Counted from the first letter of the whole stretch, positions 36,218 to 48,824 are shown. The stretch is 62,920 nt of DNA, filler included, from Globobulimina sp. (GCA_003354225.1; 47 parts of 47 records of this genome joined end to end with filler, not necessarily neighbours in it), one strand, 5' to 3'. Translations and numbers: made by a program. Notes: generated from the letters alone by a model not told the origin.

Positions 36218-36980
36218 TAAAAGATTAAGTTAATAAAAAAAAACTGAACAAAGCTCTGGCAGATATAATTTTTGCTTGTGTTTCTCTCTCTGCTTCGGAA
36301 GCAGCGGCCATTGCTCTTTGCATGTTAAGCGGCAATGTAACGTCTCTAATTTCGACAGCAGGCACTCTGACACCCCAACTGCTCGTATCCTGTTCAATAC
36401 TTTTTCTAATTTCATCATTGACCACATTCCTTCGAGAAATAATTGTTTCTAAATCATATTTACCGATAACACCTCGTAATGTGGTGGCTGCAATGTTTCT
36501 AAATGCAAATTTATAATTATCCACTTCTAATATAGCCCGTATTGGATCAGATACTTTCATAAAAACAACAGCATCGACAGTACAGGTCACAGAATCTTTG
36601 GTCATCATCTGTTGTGGGATTAAATTGAATGTTAAAATTCGTAAATCAACCACTTCAATGGCATCAATTAAACAATTTATGACAAATAAACCAGGCCCTT
36701 TTGCAGTACCACATATTTTACCAAATCTAAATATTAATGCTCTTTCATATTCTTTGACAGTTTTACACATTGGAATCCATAAAAACGGAATTAAATGAAG
36801 CGACCAGGTAATAAATGTTAAAAACGTTTCACAGAATGACAGCTTTATTTCTTCATGGTTTTGATAATTTGATTTCAGCCCATCTTGCATTCTACGTACT
36901 TCCCCATGGAATGAATCTTGGTTTGGCTTTACATCCAAGGCAATTGCTGATGGATATGCTTTTTCATTGTTTGTATTCAT
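36218..36980 (-). CDS. Stomatin / Band 7 (SPFH) family protein, 3' partial
   Basis: VKEYERALIFRFGK, GPGLF, VDLR, TKDSVTCTVDAVV, AATTLR, WGVRVPAVEIRDV and MQRAMAAASEAERE. Confidence 0.95.
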
Positions 36981-37608
36981 TTTGAGATATTCAGATTGAG
37001 TCGCAATGATATTATTAATTCCTTTTTTTGGCTATTTATAATGCGATATTTCGTACAGCCATTATCAAATGTCAGCTGCCATAAAAGAAAGTTGAAAGTT
37101 GCTACAAAGTTTACCTCCTGCCGTCTGGCGATTGGATTTTAGTCAAATAAAAAAAAGAAAACTGTTTTCCCATTTTCAACTAAAACTGTTTCCCATTATA
37201 AGCATCATTGATGGATGTTGTTAGTTTTTCACATGAATTCAACTATATAAGCATTTATTTAAGAGCATGTATGCGGTCATTTCTCCATAAGGTTCTATTT
37301 TTTGTATCCTCGCACTCAGTGTACAATTTGTTGGAAGATCCCTTTATGTGCGAGGATAGAAAAAATAGAACACTTCTGGAGAAATGACCGCATGCTCTTC
37401 TACAATATTACTATTTATAACATCACAATATTACTTCTAATGACACGCTCATTCGATGNNNNNNNNNNNNNNNNNNNNNNNNNNNNNNNNNNNNNNNNNN
37501 NNTTAATTAATTAANNNNNNNNNNNNNNNNNNNNNNNNNNNNNNNNNNNNNNNNNNNNAGGATTAATATTAAACAGAGAAAATATTATTTGCCTCATATT
37601 ATTTACAG

Positions 37609-38726
37609 ATTATGATATTTTATCGTCTCATTTTAGTAAAACATTTCAACGAATTAAGGCAAATGAATCTGATATGGACATAAAAGAGAGAAACTGTGAA
37701 TATTTCAATTGGAGTAAAATGTTATGTGAAACGGTAAATTGTTATGGAATAACGATGCAACATTCAAAAGTATCGACGTTCTATCACTGTGTCGATTTTT
37801 TATATTTCCATGCGTTTGCTGCAAGATTTAACGGTCCGACATCAACTACAACAAAATTACAAAATGCTGCCATTTTTTCAAAAGATGATGGAGTTATATT
37901 GGAGCTGAGAAAAGAGAAAAATAGTAAATTGTTAAGGTTTATAATAGCGGAATTAATGCAATTTATACCTGATAAGGACAGCTATCATATGTACTGTATA
38001 TAAATTGCATTAAATTCGTGTCCTATATTCAGATATTTTAACTGTTGTTTTGTGAGTTGTTTTGGGAACGAAGATGAGCGGTTATTTATTAATTCGCCGT
38101 GGAAAATTAATTGTAAACATTTATTAGAATTGGTATCGATTCGAAATATGTCAACAAACGAAAATTATGTACAGTTTATGGAAGCATTGTCGGCGTTCAA
38201 TAAATTAACGGATAAACAGCATCTTCCAAATATTGCAGATCCATTGAAAGTTATAATTAATAATTTGATTTCATTTTCGATGTCAAGAAGTAATGAGACA
38301 ACTAAATATCCGAAATATATTTTAGAATCCTTTGGAAAATGGGCAGATTCAAAGCAGCAAATTGTAATCAATTTAAAATTGGTGAAACATTTTGGCATAA
38401 ATTTATTGTTTGAATCGGATAAAGTGCAGAATCTGTTGGATTTTCATTGTGTTAACATCGTATTTAAAAAAACAACATGGATAATATCCGAACGTGTTGG
38501 TGTGATCAGCACTGCGCTTTTAAAATCATTGTTAGTTATTATTGACAAGATAAATAAATTAAAATACTCAAAAGTAGATAAAGTGTATCTTTATGATATA
38601 CCCAATATTCATAAATATGCTGCAACTAAAGATTATGCTAAATATCAATCGTTATTTGCTGAAAAAAAATGGAAAATTGAAACAAAAAGCGGATACAGTT
38701 CCGATTACTTAGTTGTTTTTAAATGA
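37609..38726 (+). CDS. Divergent ADP-ribosyltransferase-like protein; intron 37937-38032; 5' partial
   Basis: FYH.V...FNGPTSTT...AAIF...GVILEL...|YFNC..VSCFGNEDERLF follows the [R/H]-STS-ExE layout. Confidence 0.6.
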
Positions 38727-39021
38727 CATATTTAGTACTTTTCACTCCGAACTTCTACTTTTTTATATATATGTATCATATGCTTAGTGACCATATACAN
38801 NNNNNNNNNNNNNNNNNNNNNNNNNNNNNNNNNNNNNNNNNNNTTAATTAATTAANNNNNNNNNNNNNNNNNNNNNNNNNNNNNNNNNNNNNNNNNNNNA
38901 TTTGTCCATGGCACTTATATTTGCTCGCCATAGCCTCATAATGGCCCCATCTATGCCACGTTATAAAGTAGAATGACAAAAAAACACTGAAGATGATGAT
39001 GAATTTCTCTTCGTTATATAT

Positions 39022-39962
39022 TTAGATATCTCGCTTATTATTGACAAACAATTTTTGATCAATTTCAATTAATAATAAAACAGCACATTTCCAAATTATA
39101 ATTTCACCGAAAAGAAAATATAAATCCAATATTTTACAAACAATGTCAATCGATAACTGCCTACAAAATAATGTTTGAATACAATCCATTACATATCCAT
39201 CAAACAAATTATTTTTATTTTGAATCGAAGAATTAAAATACAATATTTTATTAGAAATATTTATTCGTTGTTGTACTTTCAATTCATAATTTAATATGTT
39301 GCATAAAGAAATAAAACACATTTTCTCGTTTTGATAATTCAATAATATCTCAACTAAATTTGTCATAAATTGTGTATAAGAAATATTTTTATTATAATTG
39401 CAATATGCCATTATTATGCATTCAATTTGTAATTGTTTCCTATGTTTATCTTTATTTTTGTACAGATGCATACGTTGAACATCTCTTTGAATGGAATTCC
39501 TTCGTTTTAATCCCTCACAAATTGTATCTTTGTTTTCGTGTTTAAATATGGACTGTATCCCATTATTATTAATATTATCATTTATATTTCCGGGCTGTTT
39601 TTGTATTTTATAATAATTATAGGCATTCCATGAGATATTTAAATCGTTTCCAATCGCTTGATACCAAAACATGCCTCTTAATGAATTATTATTTGGTTCA
39701 TTCGATAATATATTTTGCCACTTTTTAATGGTTGCAATTTCATGTCTCATTCTTTGACGTTGTTTAATAGTTTCTGGCAAACACATTTCCCCAAATTGCA
39801 TATTTTGTGGTGAACACTTAAGAAATTGTACCGTATATTTGTACATTGAAATGTTTTGTTAAGACAGAAACAAACTTGGTATACATTAGGTGTATCATAT
39901 TCAGTTGATATAATTTCATATCCTTCATCTAAAACTGCGTGATTTGATAGAGCAACACCCAT
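39022..39962 (-). CDS. Rab-GAP TBC domain protein; intron 39817-39875
   Basis: LRGMFW, IQRDVQR (IxxDxxR), SYTQFM (YxQ), ILDLYFLFG; a 29-codon first exon splices in phase 0. Confidence 0.82.
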
Positions 39963-40006
39963 TATTCCAACTGAATATACTATTAAAAATAGTCATATAT
40001 TTGAGC

Positions 40007-40140
40007 ATGGCTAACAGACGCCAGCATAGTGGAAGATGTGTATGTTCAATGACGTAAAAGGATTTGGATTCATTACACTGAATGATGGCACGAGAGATAT
40101 ATTTGTCCATCGCTCTAATATTCGATCAACTGGTTATTGT
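40007..40140 (+). CDS. Cold-shock domain protein, N-terminal fragment with an apparent 1-nt deletion; not in the ORF track
   Basis: [12 protein letters not shown](W)[26 protein letters not shown] contains RNP1 KGFGFI and RNP2 IFVH; tgg appears as tg. Confidence 0.82.
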
Positions 40141-40240
40141 NNNNNNNNNNNNNNNNNNNNNNNNNNNNNNNNNNNNNNNNNNNNTTAATTAATTAANNNN
40201 NNNNNNNNNNNNNNNNNNNNNNNNNNNNNNNNNNNNNNNN

Positions 40241-40900
40241 AGAGCGATCCTGGAACACTATGATAGCAATGATAGAGCTCGAAGAGCGATCCTGGAGCGC
40301 TATGATAGCAATGATAGAGCTCGAAGAGTGATCCTGGAGCACTATGATAGCAATGATAGAGCTCGAAGAGCGATCCTGGAGCGCTATGATAGCCAGGATA
40401 GATCTCGAAGAGCGATCCTGGAGCGATATGATAGCTAGGATAGAGATCAAAGAGCGATCCTGGAGCGATATGATAGCCAGGATAGAGATCAAAGAGCGAT
40501 CCTGGAGCGATATGATAGCTAGGATAGAGATCAAAGAGCGATCCCGGAGTGCTATGATAGACATGATAGAGCTCAATGAGCGATCCCGGAGCGCTATGAT
40601 AGCTAGGATAGAGCTCAATGAGCGATCATGGAGCACTATGATAGCTAGGATAGAGCTCAATGAGCGATCATGGAGCGATATGATAGCTAGGATAGAGATC
40701 AAAGAGCGATCCTGGAGCGCTATGATAGCTAGGATAGGGATCAATGAGCGATCATGGAGCGCTATGATAGCCAGGATAGAGCTCAATGAGCGATCCTGGA
40801 GCACTATGATAGCTAGGATAGGGATCAATGAGCGATCCCGGAGCGCTATGATAGTCAGGATAGAGCTCAATGAGCAATCCGGGAGCGCTATGATAGCTAT
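40241..40900. repeat. 39-bp tandem minisatellite, about 17 copies, truncated by the contig start
   Basis: Unit approximately agagcgatcctggagcgctatgatagctaggatagagctca repeated head to tail without spacers. Confidence 0.95.
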
Positions 40901-41209
40901 TCATTGACTCTTAGAGCGATCATTACTGTACAAGAATAGCTATGATAGAGACAGGATAGTCATGATAGAGACTAGGAATAGAGAAATGAATGCTATTAAG
41001 ATTACAATCATAGATGATGAGCAGTTTCTTTTGTACTATACCAACTATTTGCTGCTTCTTTGAGTGACCATACAGTACAATAATTTAACCAACAAAACAA
41101 TTTTATTATTTTTATTTGATAAAAAATGTTAATGCTATCAAGAACGAATATTCAATGTATGAAAACAGTCAGATTATTATTATTTTATAACACATAGCAT
41201 CATTTCACA

Positions 41210-41480
41210 GGCACCTCACTGTCAAACATACGTCGGGCCCTCATTATGAAGCGTTTTTGTGGATTCAATGCCCTGTTCATGGCTACCGCATCATCTAGTA
41301 ATTTTCGCCATTTTCTTCTGCGCTCGCTTCACCCCCATCTTCTGTCACAACCGATTCCTCATCTTCATCCGATTTGTCGCGATCCTCGTCCATTTCTTTG
41401 TCGTCCTCCCCCTCCAACATATCATCCTCATCTTCGGTCTTATCTTCTTCTTCTACTGGCTTTTCGTCATTGTCATTGTC
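41210..41480 (-). CDS. C-terminal acidic low-complexity region of an unknown protein
   Basis: Minus frame DNDNDEKPVEEEDKTEDEDDMLEGEDDKEM...; the end of the frame is uncertain. Confidence 0.4.
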
Positions 41481-41580
41481 NNNNNNNNNNNNNNNNNNNN
41501 NNNNNNNNNNNNNNNNNNNNNNNNTTAATTAATTAANNNNNNNNNNNNNNNNNNNNNNNNNNNNNNNNNNNNNNNNNNNN

Positions 41581-42761
41581 TTTATTTGGTTCGCCATCAT
41601 TATTATATTCAAATATTTTCCCATTAATTATCATTGAATACGGAATATGAATACATTTCGGATATTTTATTTTTTTCAAATAATTTAATAATTCATAACC
41701 TTTTGATTTGTTGCAAATATTTCCAAATAAAATGCATCGAAAATGTGAATCTTTTTGCGTATAACAAATTTCCTTTATTTTATGTGTAATTAAAATACTT
41801 TCCCCAGCATCCATACTATCTCTATACGAACAACATTGCTGTGCAATGACAAATGTTTTTGATGCGGCTTTGTTGTATTTATAATCAACTAATTCGATGT
41901 TGTGATTTAAATCGTGTTTTTCAAATGGATAAAGTGGATAATTTAATGATTGATATTTCGATCCTTGACCCGATACATTATTATCCAATGTATTCCAAAA
42001 TGTAGCAATATACCGAACAGATATCGATATTCGTGGTGTGTTTATATTGCCATTACGAAGTACGGAATGCTTAAATTTTTTATTGGTTTCTGGGCCAATC
42101 ACAACAATGGAACCGTGATGGGCGATAATATGAACTTCTTTGTTGCCGTCAATTTCCTGAAATGCAAATTCTCGCTTTGTCCCTAATGAAACAGCAGCAA
42201 ACTGTGACCCACTTTTTATGTCTAACATCTTATCCACATGATATCCAATGTGATCATTTCCATTCCGATACACTGCAACAACGGCATGATTAATAGGTTG
42301 CGATATTTGCTTTTCTACGCATTGCACAATGCATTTAACTGATTTTGTGTAAGTTATTATTGGCATTGAAATTAAATTGTTTGCCGGATATCTATATAAC
42401 GGAATAATGTTCGCATCTTTATTTGATGTTGCTGGTATTTGTGTATTTGATAATCGTTTTTGTGGAACCATTTGGCCATTTTTTGTAAGTAAATATGTTT
42501 GATACCATTTTATTTCATCTTCGTTGATTAATGATAGAAATGCAGAATCACTTACTTCTCTATCAAGAAAAGATGGAATATAGTACGAATCACCACATCC
42601 TAAATTATAAACTGGTTTTCTTCCATCAAAATAACTAATATTCTCTTTTTTTTTGTCTGTGGTTATTATTATAGAATATTATTAAAAAATTCTGTAGAAA
42701 TTTCTATAGCTGAATAAAATGTACACTCACATTCATCATTGTTTCTGCGTGGTTGCCACAT
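41581..42761 (-). CDS. AlkB-family 2OG-Fe(II) dioxygenase with a C-terminal extension; intron 42657-42730; 3' partial
   Basis: NHAVVAVYRNGNDHIGYHVDK (HxD), AVSLG..REF, HGS, KHSV (H), RISISVR; first exon MWQPRRNNDE splices in frame. Confidence 0.88.
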
Positions 42762-43114
42762 TTTCTTTCGAGTATTGCAAGAAGAAGAAAAATGTTAAGT
42801 TTAGAAAAAAAAACAGTCCANNNNNNNNNNNNNNNNNNNNNNNNNNNNNNNNNNNNNNNNNNNNTTAATTAATTAANNNNNNNNNNNNNNNNNNNNNNNN
42901 NNNNNNNNNNNNNNNNNNNNGCGTGTACAAATTGAGTTTCTTTTGCGATTGTTGGCACCGGTCAGTTAAAAGGTTTTGTTTGTGATGAATTGTTGAAATA
43001 TGATCCTGCCATAAAATGCCAGTCCGATGTCATAAATGATGGAATATGCTGAGCGCACAATCTAGACTCCTACAAAAATAATTGAAACAACAAGTTTATT
43101 GATCTAGTCATTAA

Positions 43115-43945
43115 TTAAATGATGAAACAAATTAAACAATACAATATAACTGCAATCACAACAACCACAACAGCAGGAATTACTAACGTGAGAGCCATGT
43201 AAATTCTGTATTTTGTATTGAATTCTTTGGTTGAGTTTGCATGCGGAAACATTTCACTCGGTTTGGTTTTATTTAGAAATCTACACAAAGGCTCCCAGCC
43301 CTCTTCGATTTTCATGATTAATAATTGATTTTCTGGTACAGTTGATTTGATTTTCTCAATATGTTGATAATATTTGTCCTTTAGTATATTTGCTCTCTCA
43401 GACCTTTCCAATGACAATAATTGATTTAAATCACCATGAGCTTCCTTCCAATATTGCATTTCAAATTGAACTGCAGATGTTTGTCCAAGCATTTTATTAA
43501 AACAAGATATAACAGAATATACTTTAAGCCATGAATTCATTTGTCGCAACAAATTTTCATAACTTTTTACCCATTTCATTATATTGTTATCATCGCGTAC
43601 AAGAAGAATTACTTTTGCATCCGGATATCTTTTGAATATTTTATCCCACATAAATACCACTGGAAAATCCATTAAAGTTTTACATTGGATTTCATTCAAA
43701 CAGTCATCATAATTTAAGGTTAAATCATCATTTCGTATGCTTTCCAAATTTGAAGCAAACCATTCAGTTAACTTGCTATGTACTTGAACCAAACCATTTA
43801 CTGAATTAGGTGCTAAAATGTGCTGAACAGGACCAAAGCCTAATCGCTCCAACGCTATGGCTAATGAGACACTTCCACATTTGTACCAACCGGGACTGAT
43901 GATTTGCAATGGATATTCTTCTTTATATTCTATCTGTTTAGACAT
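43115..43945 (-). CDS. Sulfotransferase-like protein (Sulfotransfer_4 type) with a C-terminal TM anchor
   Basis: IISPGWYKCGSVSLAIALERLG, DFP, YPDAKVILLVRD, VPENQLL, EGWEPLCRFL and FPHAN; hydrophobic C-terminus. Confidence 0.88.
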   Translation of the reverse strand: MSKQIEYKEEYPLQIISPGWYKCGSVSLAIALERLGFGPVQHILAPNSVNGLVQVHSKLTEWFASNLESIRNDDLTLNYDDCLNEIQCKTLMDFPVVFMWDKIFKRYPDAKVILLVRDDNNIMKWVKSYENLLRQMNSWLKVYSVISCFNKMLGQTSAVQFEMQYWKEAHGDLNQLLSLERSERANILKDKYYQHIEKIKSTVPENQLLIMKIEEGWEPLCRFLNKTKPSEMFPHANSTKEFNTKYRIYMALTLVIPAVVVVVIAVILYCLICFII

Positions 43946-44292
43946 TTTTTCCGATAAGTACTGATTTTTTAAAAAACTTGTCAAACAGCTTCTAAATTTC
44001 CAATCAGTTCAATAAGTCCACCAATTTTCAAAAGTTAGTGTAGTATCTTAATAAGGGGACTAAGATAAAGTAAAGACAAAGAAGAAAGAATATAAATAGG
44101 ATACAATAATAGATATACAAGTATTAATAGGAATTATGATAATTATGATATTGGGAATATNNNNNNNNNNNNNNNNNNNNNNNNNNNNNNNNNNNNNNNN
44201 NNNNTTAATTAATTAANNNNNNNNNNNNNNNNNNNNNNNNNNNNNNNNNNNNNNNNNNNNCTCAAAATTCACTGGTTCGACTGGTGTTTTGC

Positions 44293-44934
44293 ATGGTTTT
44301 GTGCCGTTTTTGTAACAAGAAATTTGCCAGAAATGGCAATCTCAAGCAACATATCAGAATCCATACCAATGAGAGACCATTCAAATGTTCTTTTTGTATC
44401 AAAGCATTTCGGCAAAAACACAGGTATGTTCTGTATACATTTTGTTAATCTGTATACTTGAGCAACTTGAGCAACATAAAAATAAATTAAATATTAATAT
44501 ACAGTTTACGTGATCATTTACGCATTCATACGGGGGAGAAACCGTATGCCTGTATGTACTGTGTACTATGTACTATGCAGCCATACCTATACTAAGCACG
44601 CAAACAATTGCAACAAAAACATAACAACATATTTAGGTAAATTCTGTCCGACCAAATTTGCGGCGAGATGTAATGTTTAGTTTTTTTAATATTTTTAATT
44701 GTATTATCAATATTACATATTTACATATTTAGCTTATAGTACATGAACGAATTCATAGTTACATATTTGTACATTATAATTATGTTATTTTTTGCAATTT
44801 GCTGACTTAAATATAATTTAATAGCTGGCGCGCGACCTTATCAATGTCAACAATGTGACAAAAAATATGTTTCCAAGTCGGGATTGAACGCCCATCTAAA
44901 AAAATTTCATTTGGAATATCAACAAAAAATATGA
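44293..44934 (+). CDS. Small C2H2 (Kruppel-type) zinc-finger protein with four fingers and four introns; not in the ORF track
   Basis: CRFCNKKF...[19 protein letters not shown]...|[20 protein letters not shown]...|[19 protein letters not shown]...[13 protein letters not shown] introns include 44424-44504 and 44552-44636. Confidence 0.9.
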
Positions 44935-45600
44935 CGACTAGTACCCTTAAAGAAACTTTTTGGCGCGACACGAATATACAAATTTGTGATGTCGTTACAT
45001 TTTCACAACAAATTTGTATATCTTTGTCGTTACATTGTGATATCCATCGATCCAAAACTTTTTTTTTGTGTACGTTTTTCTTGTTTTTTTTTGTTCCACT
45101 TTTTATTTGTACCTAATTATTATTACTATACAAATGTTATTTATTTATTCCAATAATTTTTATTTATTTCTTTTATTCCATATCGGAAGACAATGAAGAA
45201 ACAAAAAATAAAAAAAAATCAAATGCGGATTGCAAAAGGAAAAATAATAAGATTAGTTTATATAAATACATTTCATAGCATGCATACGAACATATTCATT
45301 GAACAAAATTATAGAATTTTAAAATATATATACAAGAATTAGATATTTATTAACCACATTTTTATTTTAAATGACTAGTATAAAAGTCACTTTAGTAGAA
45401 TTTTTGCTTTTAACGATATATTCCAAAAGATAACCCCCCCCCCCTTGTATACCGAAAATTCAATTATAAATTTGTTCTGACTTTGTTCTGGATTTGCAAA
45501 NNNNNNNNNNNNNNNNNNNNNNNNNNNNNNNNNNNNNNNNNNNNTTAATTAATTAANNNNNNNNNNNNNNNNNNNNNNNNNNNNNNNNNNNNNNNNNNNN

Positions 45601-46800
45601 CTCCCGAAGAACAGGCAATATGTTATAATTTATGAATGTTTTTAGTTTTTAAATATAACATATATGTTTTTGATGAAATAAACAGTTATTGGCAGAAAAA
45701 ATGAGTGAAGAAAAGGATATAAATAACTTTGGTATTTCTGAAAGATTTTTTTATTCGTTATATGACATTGTTGAGTTACAGCCGCGTTTTAAAAAATGGC
45801 TATTTAAGTTACAATTTGATGAAAAAATAAAGAGTTTGCAACCACAGATTACGGCGATTAAGGAAGCAAAAAGTGTGATTGTTAAAAGTAAGAATTTGAA
45901 ACAAATATTTAGTGTATTGTTGGCATTTGGAAATCATATGAATTATGGGAATAAATTGAAAGGAAATTGCTATGGCTTTCATTTGACGGATTTGTCACTG
46001 CTGCCACAAATTAAAACATTTGATAAATCGCAGACTTTTCCAATGTTTTTATATTCTTTTTTTGAAGATAGATATACGTATTTGTTGAATGTAATAAATG
46101 AGTTTTGTTCAGTGCAAAAAGCGTCAAATATTGGAGTGGAAAATATAGATAAATTATATCATGAAATAGTCGATGAAATGAAGGATTTGGAGGCTATGAT
46201 TGATAGATTTAAGGAAGAATATATTGAGACGTTGAGTGATGACGATAAGTTTTTGAAAGAAATGCAAATATTCCAAGGTATGTTATTGTGTACAATTTAA
46301 TGAAAGCGGAGTTATATTAAATAAATAAAGGTATGGCGAGAAAGAAAATGTTTAAAGTAAAATTTCAATATAAATTATTGCATAAATGGGAGAAGCAATT
46401 AATTGAATATTTTGCATATGATGTTGATGAGCATGTGAATATTACGAAAATATTAAAAGATTTATATTTATTCGTTGAAATGATGCAGCACAGTAAAATA
46501 AAATTGAATGATTTAGCAAAACAAAGGAAGAGAAGAGCCTCATTAAGCAAACGAAAAAATTCATTCCGTCGTCGAAGGTCAAGATCGAGATCTAAGTCGC
46601 CGACAAAATCAGAGGATGGGAATAAGGATTCGAAAAATATGAATGTCGGTTTGTTATCAAGTTATTCTAAGTTAATACCAATGAATAACAAATCCTATGC
46701 AAATGTGGATGAATCATTTGTAGTCATAATTGAGAACAGTAAAAAAATGCCATCTAAGAAATTGCCGCCAAAACCAAAGAAATCAAAACGAGATGTTTGA
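45601..46800 (+). CDS. Formin, FH2 domain (paralog B); GC-AG intron 45615-45685 and GT-AG intron about 46278-46330
   Basis: ERFFYSLYD, LAFGNHMNYG..KGNCYGFHL and LPQIKTFD; colinear with paralog A; basic C-terminal tail. Confidence 0.92.
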
Positions 46801-46940
46801 TGTTTTGTGTCTATTATATATATATTTAAAATGTTATTGTNNNNNNNNNNNNNNNNNNNNNNNNNNNNNNNNNNNNNNNNNNNNTTAATTAATTAANNNN
46901 NNNNNNNNNNNNNNNNNNNNNNNNNNNNNNNNNNNNNNNN

Positions 46941-47868
46941 TGTGGAACCTCATCCCCAGATTGCTGTGGTGCCCGCTCTTCTGAACTACAATGCGAGATG
47001 TCAAGAAAATGTGCTTTCCATGTCAAATATCTGGATAAAGGACTATCAATACCCTGCCGCGAATGCCGTGATTCGTCAACGATACATTGAAGGAAGCAAA
47101 CGGCTTACACTCTATGGTCATTTGAACCATGATGTCTTCACAACACAGCGACTTTTGTTGCCAAAAGTTTCATTGCAAATAAAGATGAGACGCAGCGACC
47201 CAGCTTATTGTCTCATTCGCAGTGAAGGAGTGGAAGATGAGTACAAAATCGAGATTCAATCTTGCAAACTAAATGTTCGACGTGTTTTGTACTATGACTC
47301 TGCACTCGAACGATTGGACAAACGTCTTAAGACACAGCCCGTTCAATATCCATACACCCAAACGACTGTCCACCGATTTCCGATACCTCAAGGATCAACA
47401 TATATGAGTTCGCTCAGCACCGGTTGGGGACCTGCTGCGAAGCGTGCTTTCTTTGCAATCTGTGAGCCAGACAGCATCGAAGGACGAAACTGGGAAAACA
47501 ATCCAATGATTTTCCCCGCATCCGAATATAAAGTCAACTATGTACAGTTCTGCTCAAAATACGATGACACTATCCAAGAAAGACCTTACAAACCAGACTT
47601 TGAGAACAAGAGTGCCAATAAAGCTTACACAGAGCTTGTGCATGTCGTTACAGATGGATTTCGCAGTGGACTTACCCCAGGTCTAAGTTCCGATGATTTC
47701 GTTGGACAGTATGGACTGTTCGCTATGGGAAGCATGCACGATTCCTCCGATTTGGCCATCAAGATTGGATTCAAAAAGGGAACTCCGCGACCTTTGATGG
47801 GTCTCATATTTGTTCAAAGGGATGCTTATTTCACTATTACTAATGTTGGCGGTATTAAGGATGCCTAA
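46941..47868 (+). mobile_element. Polinton/Maverick (adintovirus-type) major capsid protein, double jelly-roll, 5' partial
   Basis: LNHDVFTTQRLLLPKVSLQIKMRRS...CL, YKIEI...LNVRRV, QYPY, FPIPQG, NPMIF, PYKPDF and AY..L match the Polinton PY / F54H12.2-like capsid pattern; intronless, higher GC than the host contigs. Confidence 0.8.
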
Positions 47869-47963
47869 AATGTTGATTTATGCAAATGTGTAACGCTGTT
47901 GTACAGGATATATAAAGAAAACTAAAAATGTGTATTGCTGTTGTATAGAATATATAAAGATAA

Positions 47964-48180
47964 CTAGAAATGTGTATTAATGTTGTGTGTAAATAATAAA
48001 ATATGTAAATATGTGCCTCTATAAATAGATATTCCCATCCTTTTCAAGTCAGTTGTCACAATTGTAATCACCTGTGCGGTCGTATCATACTTAAAATGCT
48101 CATTACTGTAAGCAAAGATCTCTGCGATGCCAGGGACAGGCACAAAAAGGCTAGCCATTTCATCAATAGACTGCCTAAAA
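47964..48180 (-). CDS. Convergent hypothetical ORF end next to the capsid gene
   Basis: Frame open from the contig end (FRQSIDEMASLFVP...) to 47964. Confidence 0.3.
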
Positions 48181-48280
48181 NNNNNNNNNNNNNNNNNNNN
48201 NNNNNNNNNNNNNNNNNNNNNNNNTTAATTAATTAANNNNNNNNNNNNNNNNNNNNNNNNNNNNNNNNNNNNNNNNNNNN

Positions 48281-48696
48281 GGATATGATTCTGTAATGAA
48301 GGAAACGTTTATATGCTCTGACCACCGGACAGACTGTTCTTGTTTGATATGTGTTACTGTGATATACGACGCATTCAAATCAACAACATCTGTGGCATTA
48401 TGCCATCCAAATATAATTTGTTGAAGGTCATACCACAAATGAAATACATATACTTCAAAGTCAATGACGGAATGATCAGTCATCTTCCAATCGGGTGTAT
48501 TGTACCAGTCATCATTCGCCCATCCATAAAATCCTATCACGGCGCAATTTCGTTGTTTTTTGTTCACCAATGTATCTCGGATGAAGTTGCATGGCGATGC
48601 GTCATAACTTCCAGCTGGTAATTGCTGTGGCAACGATAATTTGAGTATAATGATAAATACAAATAACCCACAGAAGTAATGTAAGGGTCTGGGCAT
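48281..48696 (-). CDS. Putative secreted protein, 3' partial
   Basis: Signal-peptide-like MPRPLHYFCGLFVFIIILKLSLP. Confidence 0.6.
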
Positions 48697-48824
48697 TGCT
48701 CAGGAGATTCCGTTAATTTCGACTATGAAATTCAAACAACCTTTAATTTTGGTAGGAACTTGGCATGGTTCAAAATGGATAGAAAAAACTTGAGAATTAA
48801 GAAAAAACTTGATCATCAATCAGC

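Noticed and set aside
40241-40900. CRISPR array
   Set aside because: Units are contiguous with no unique spacers, and no cas genes are present
40193-40907. The 225-aa and 187-aa ORFs as real proteins
   Set aside because: They are explained by the 39-bp (3n) repeat unit; no other evidence of coding
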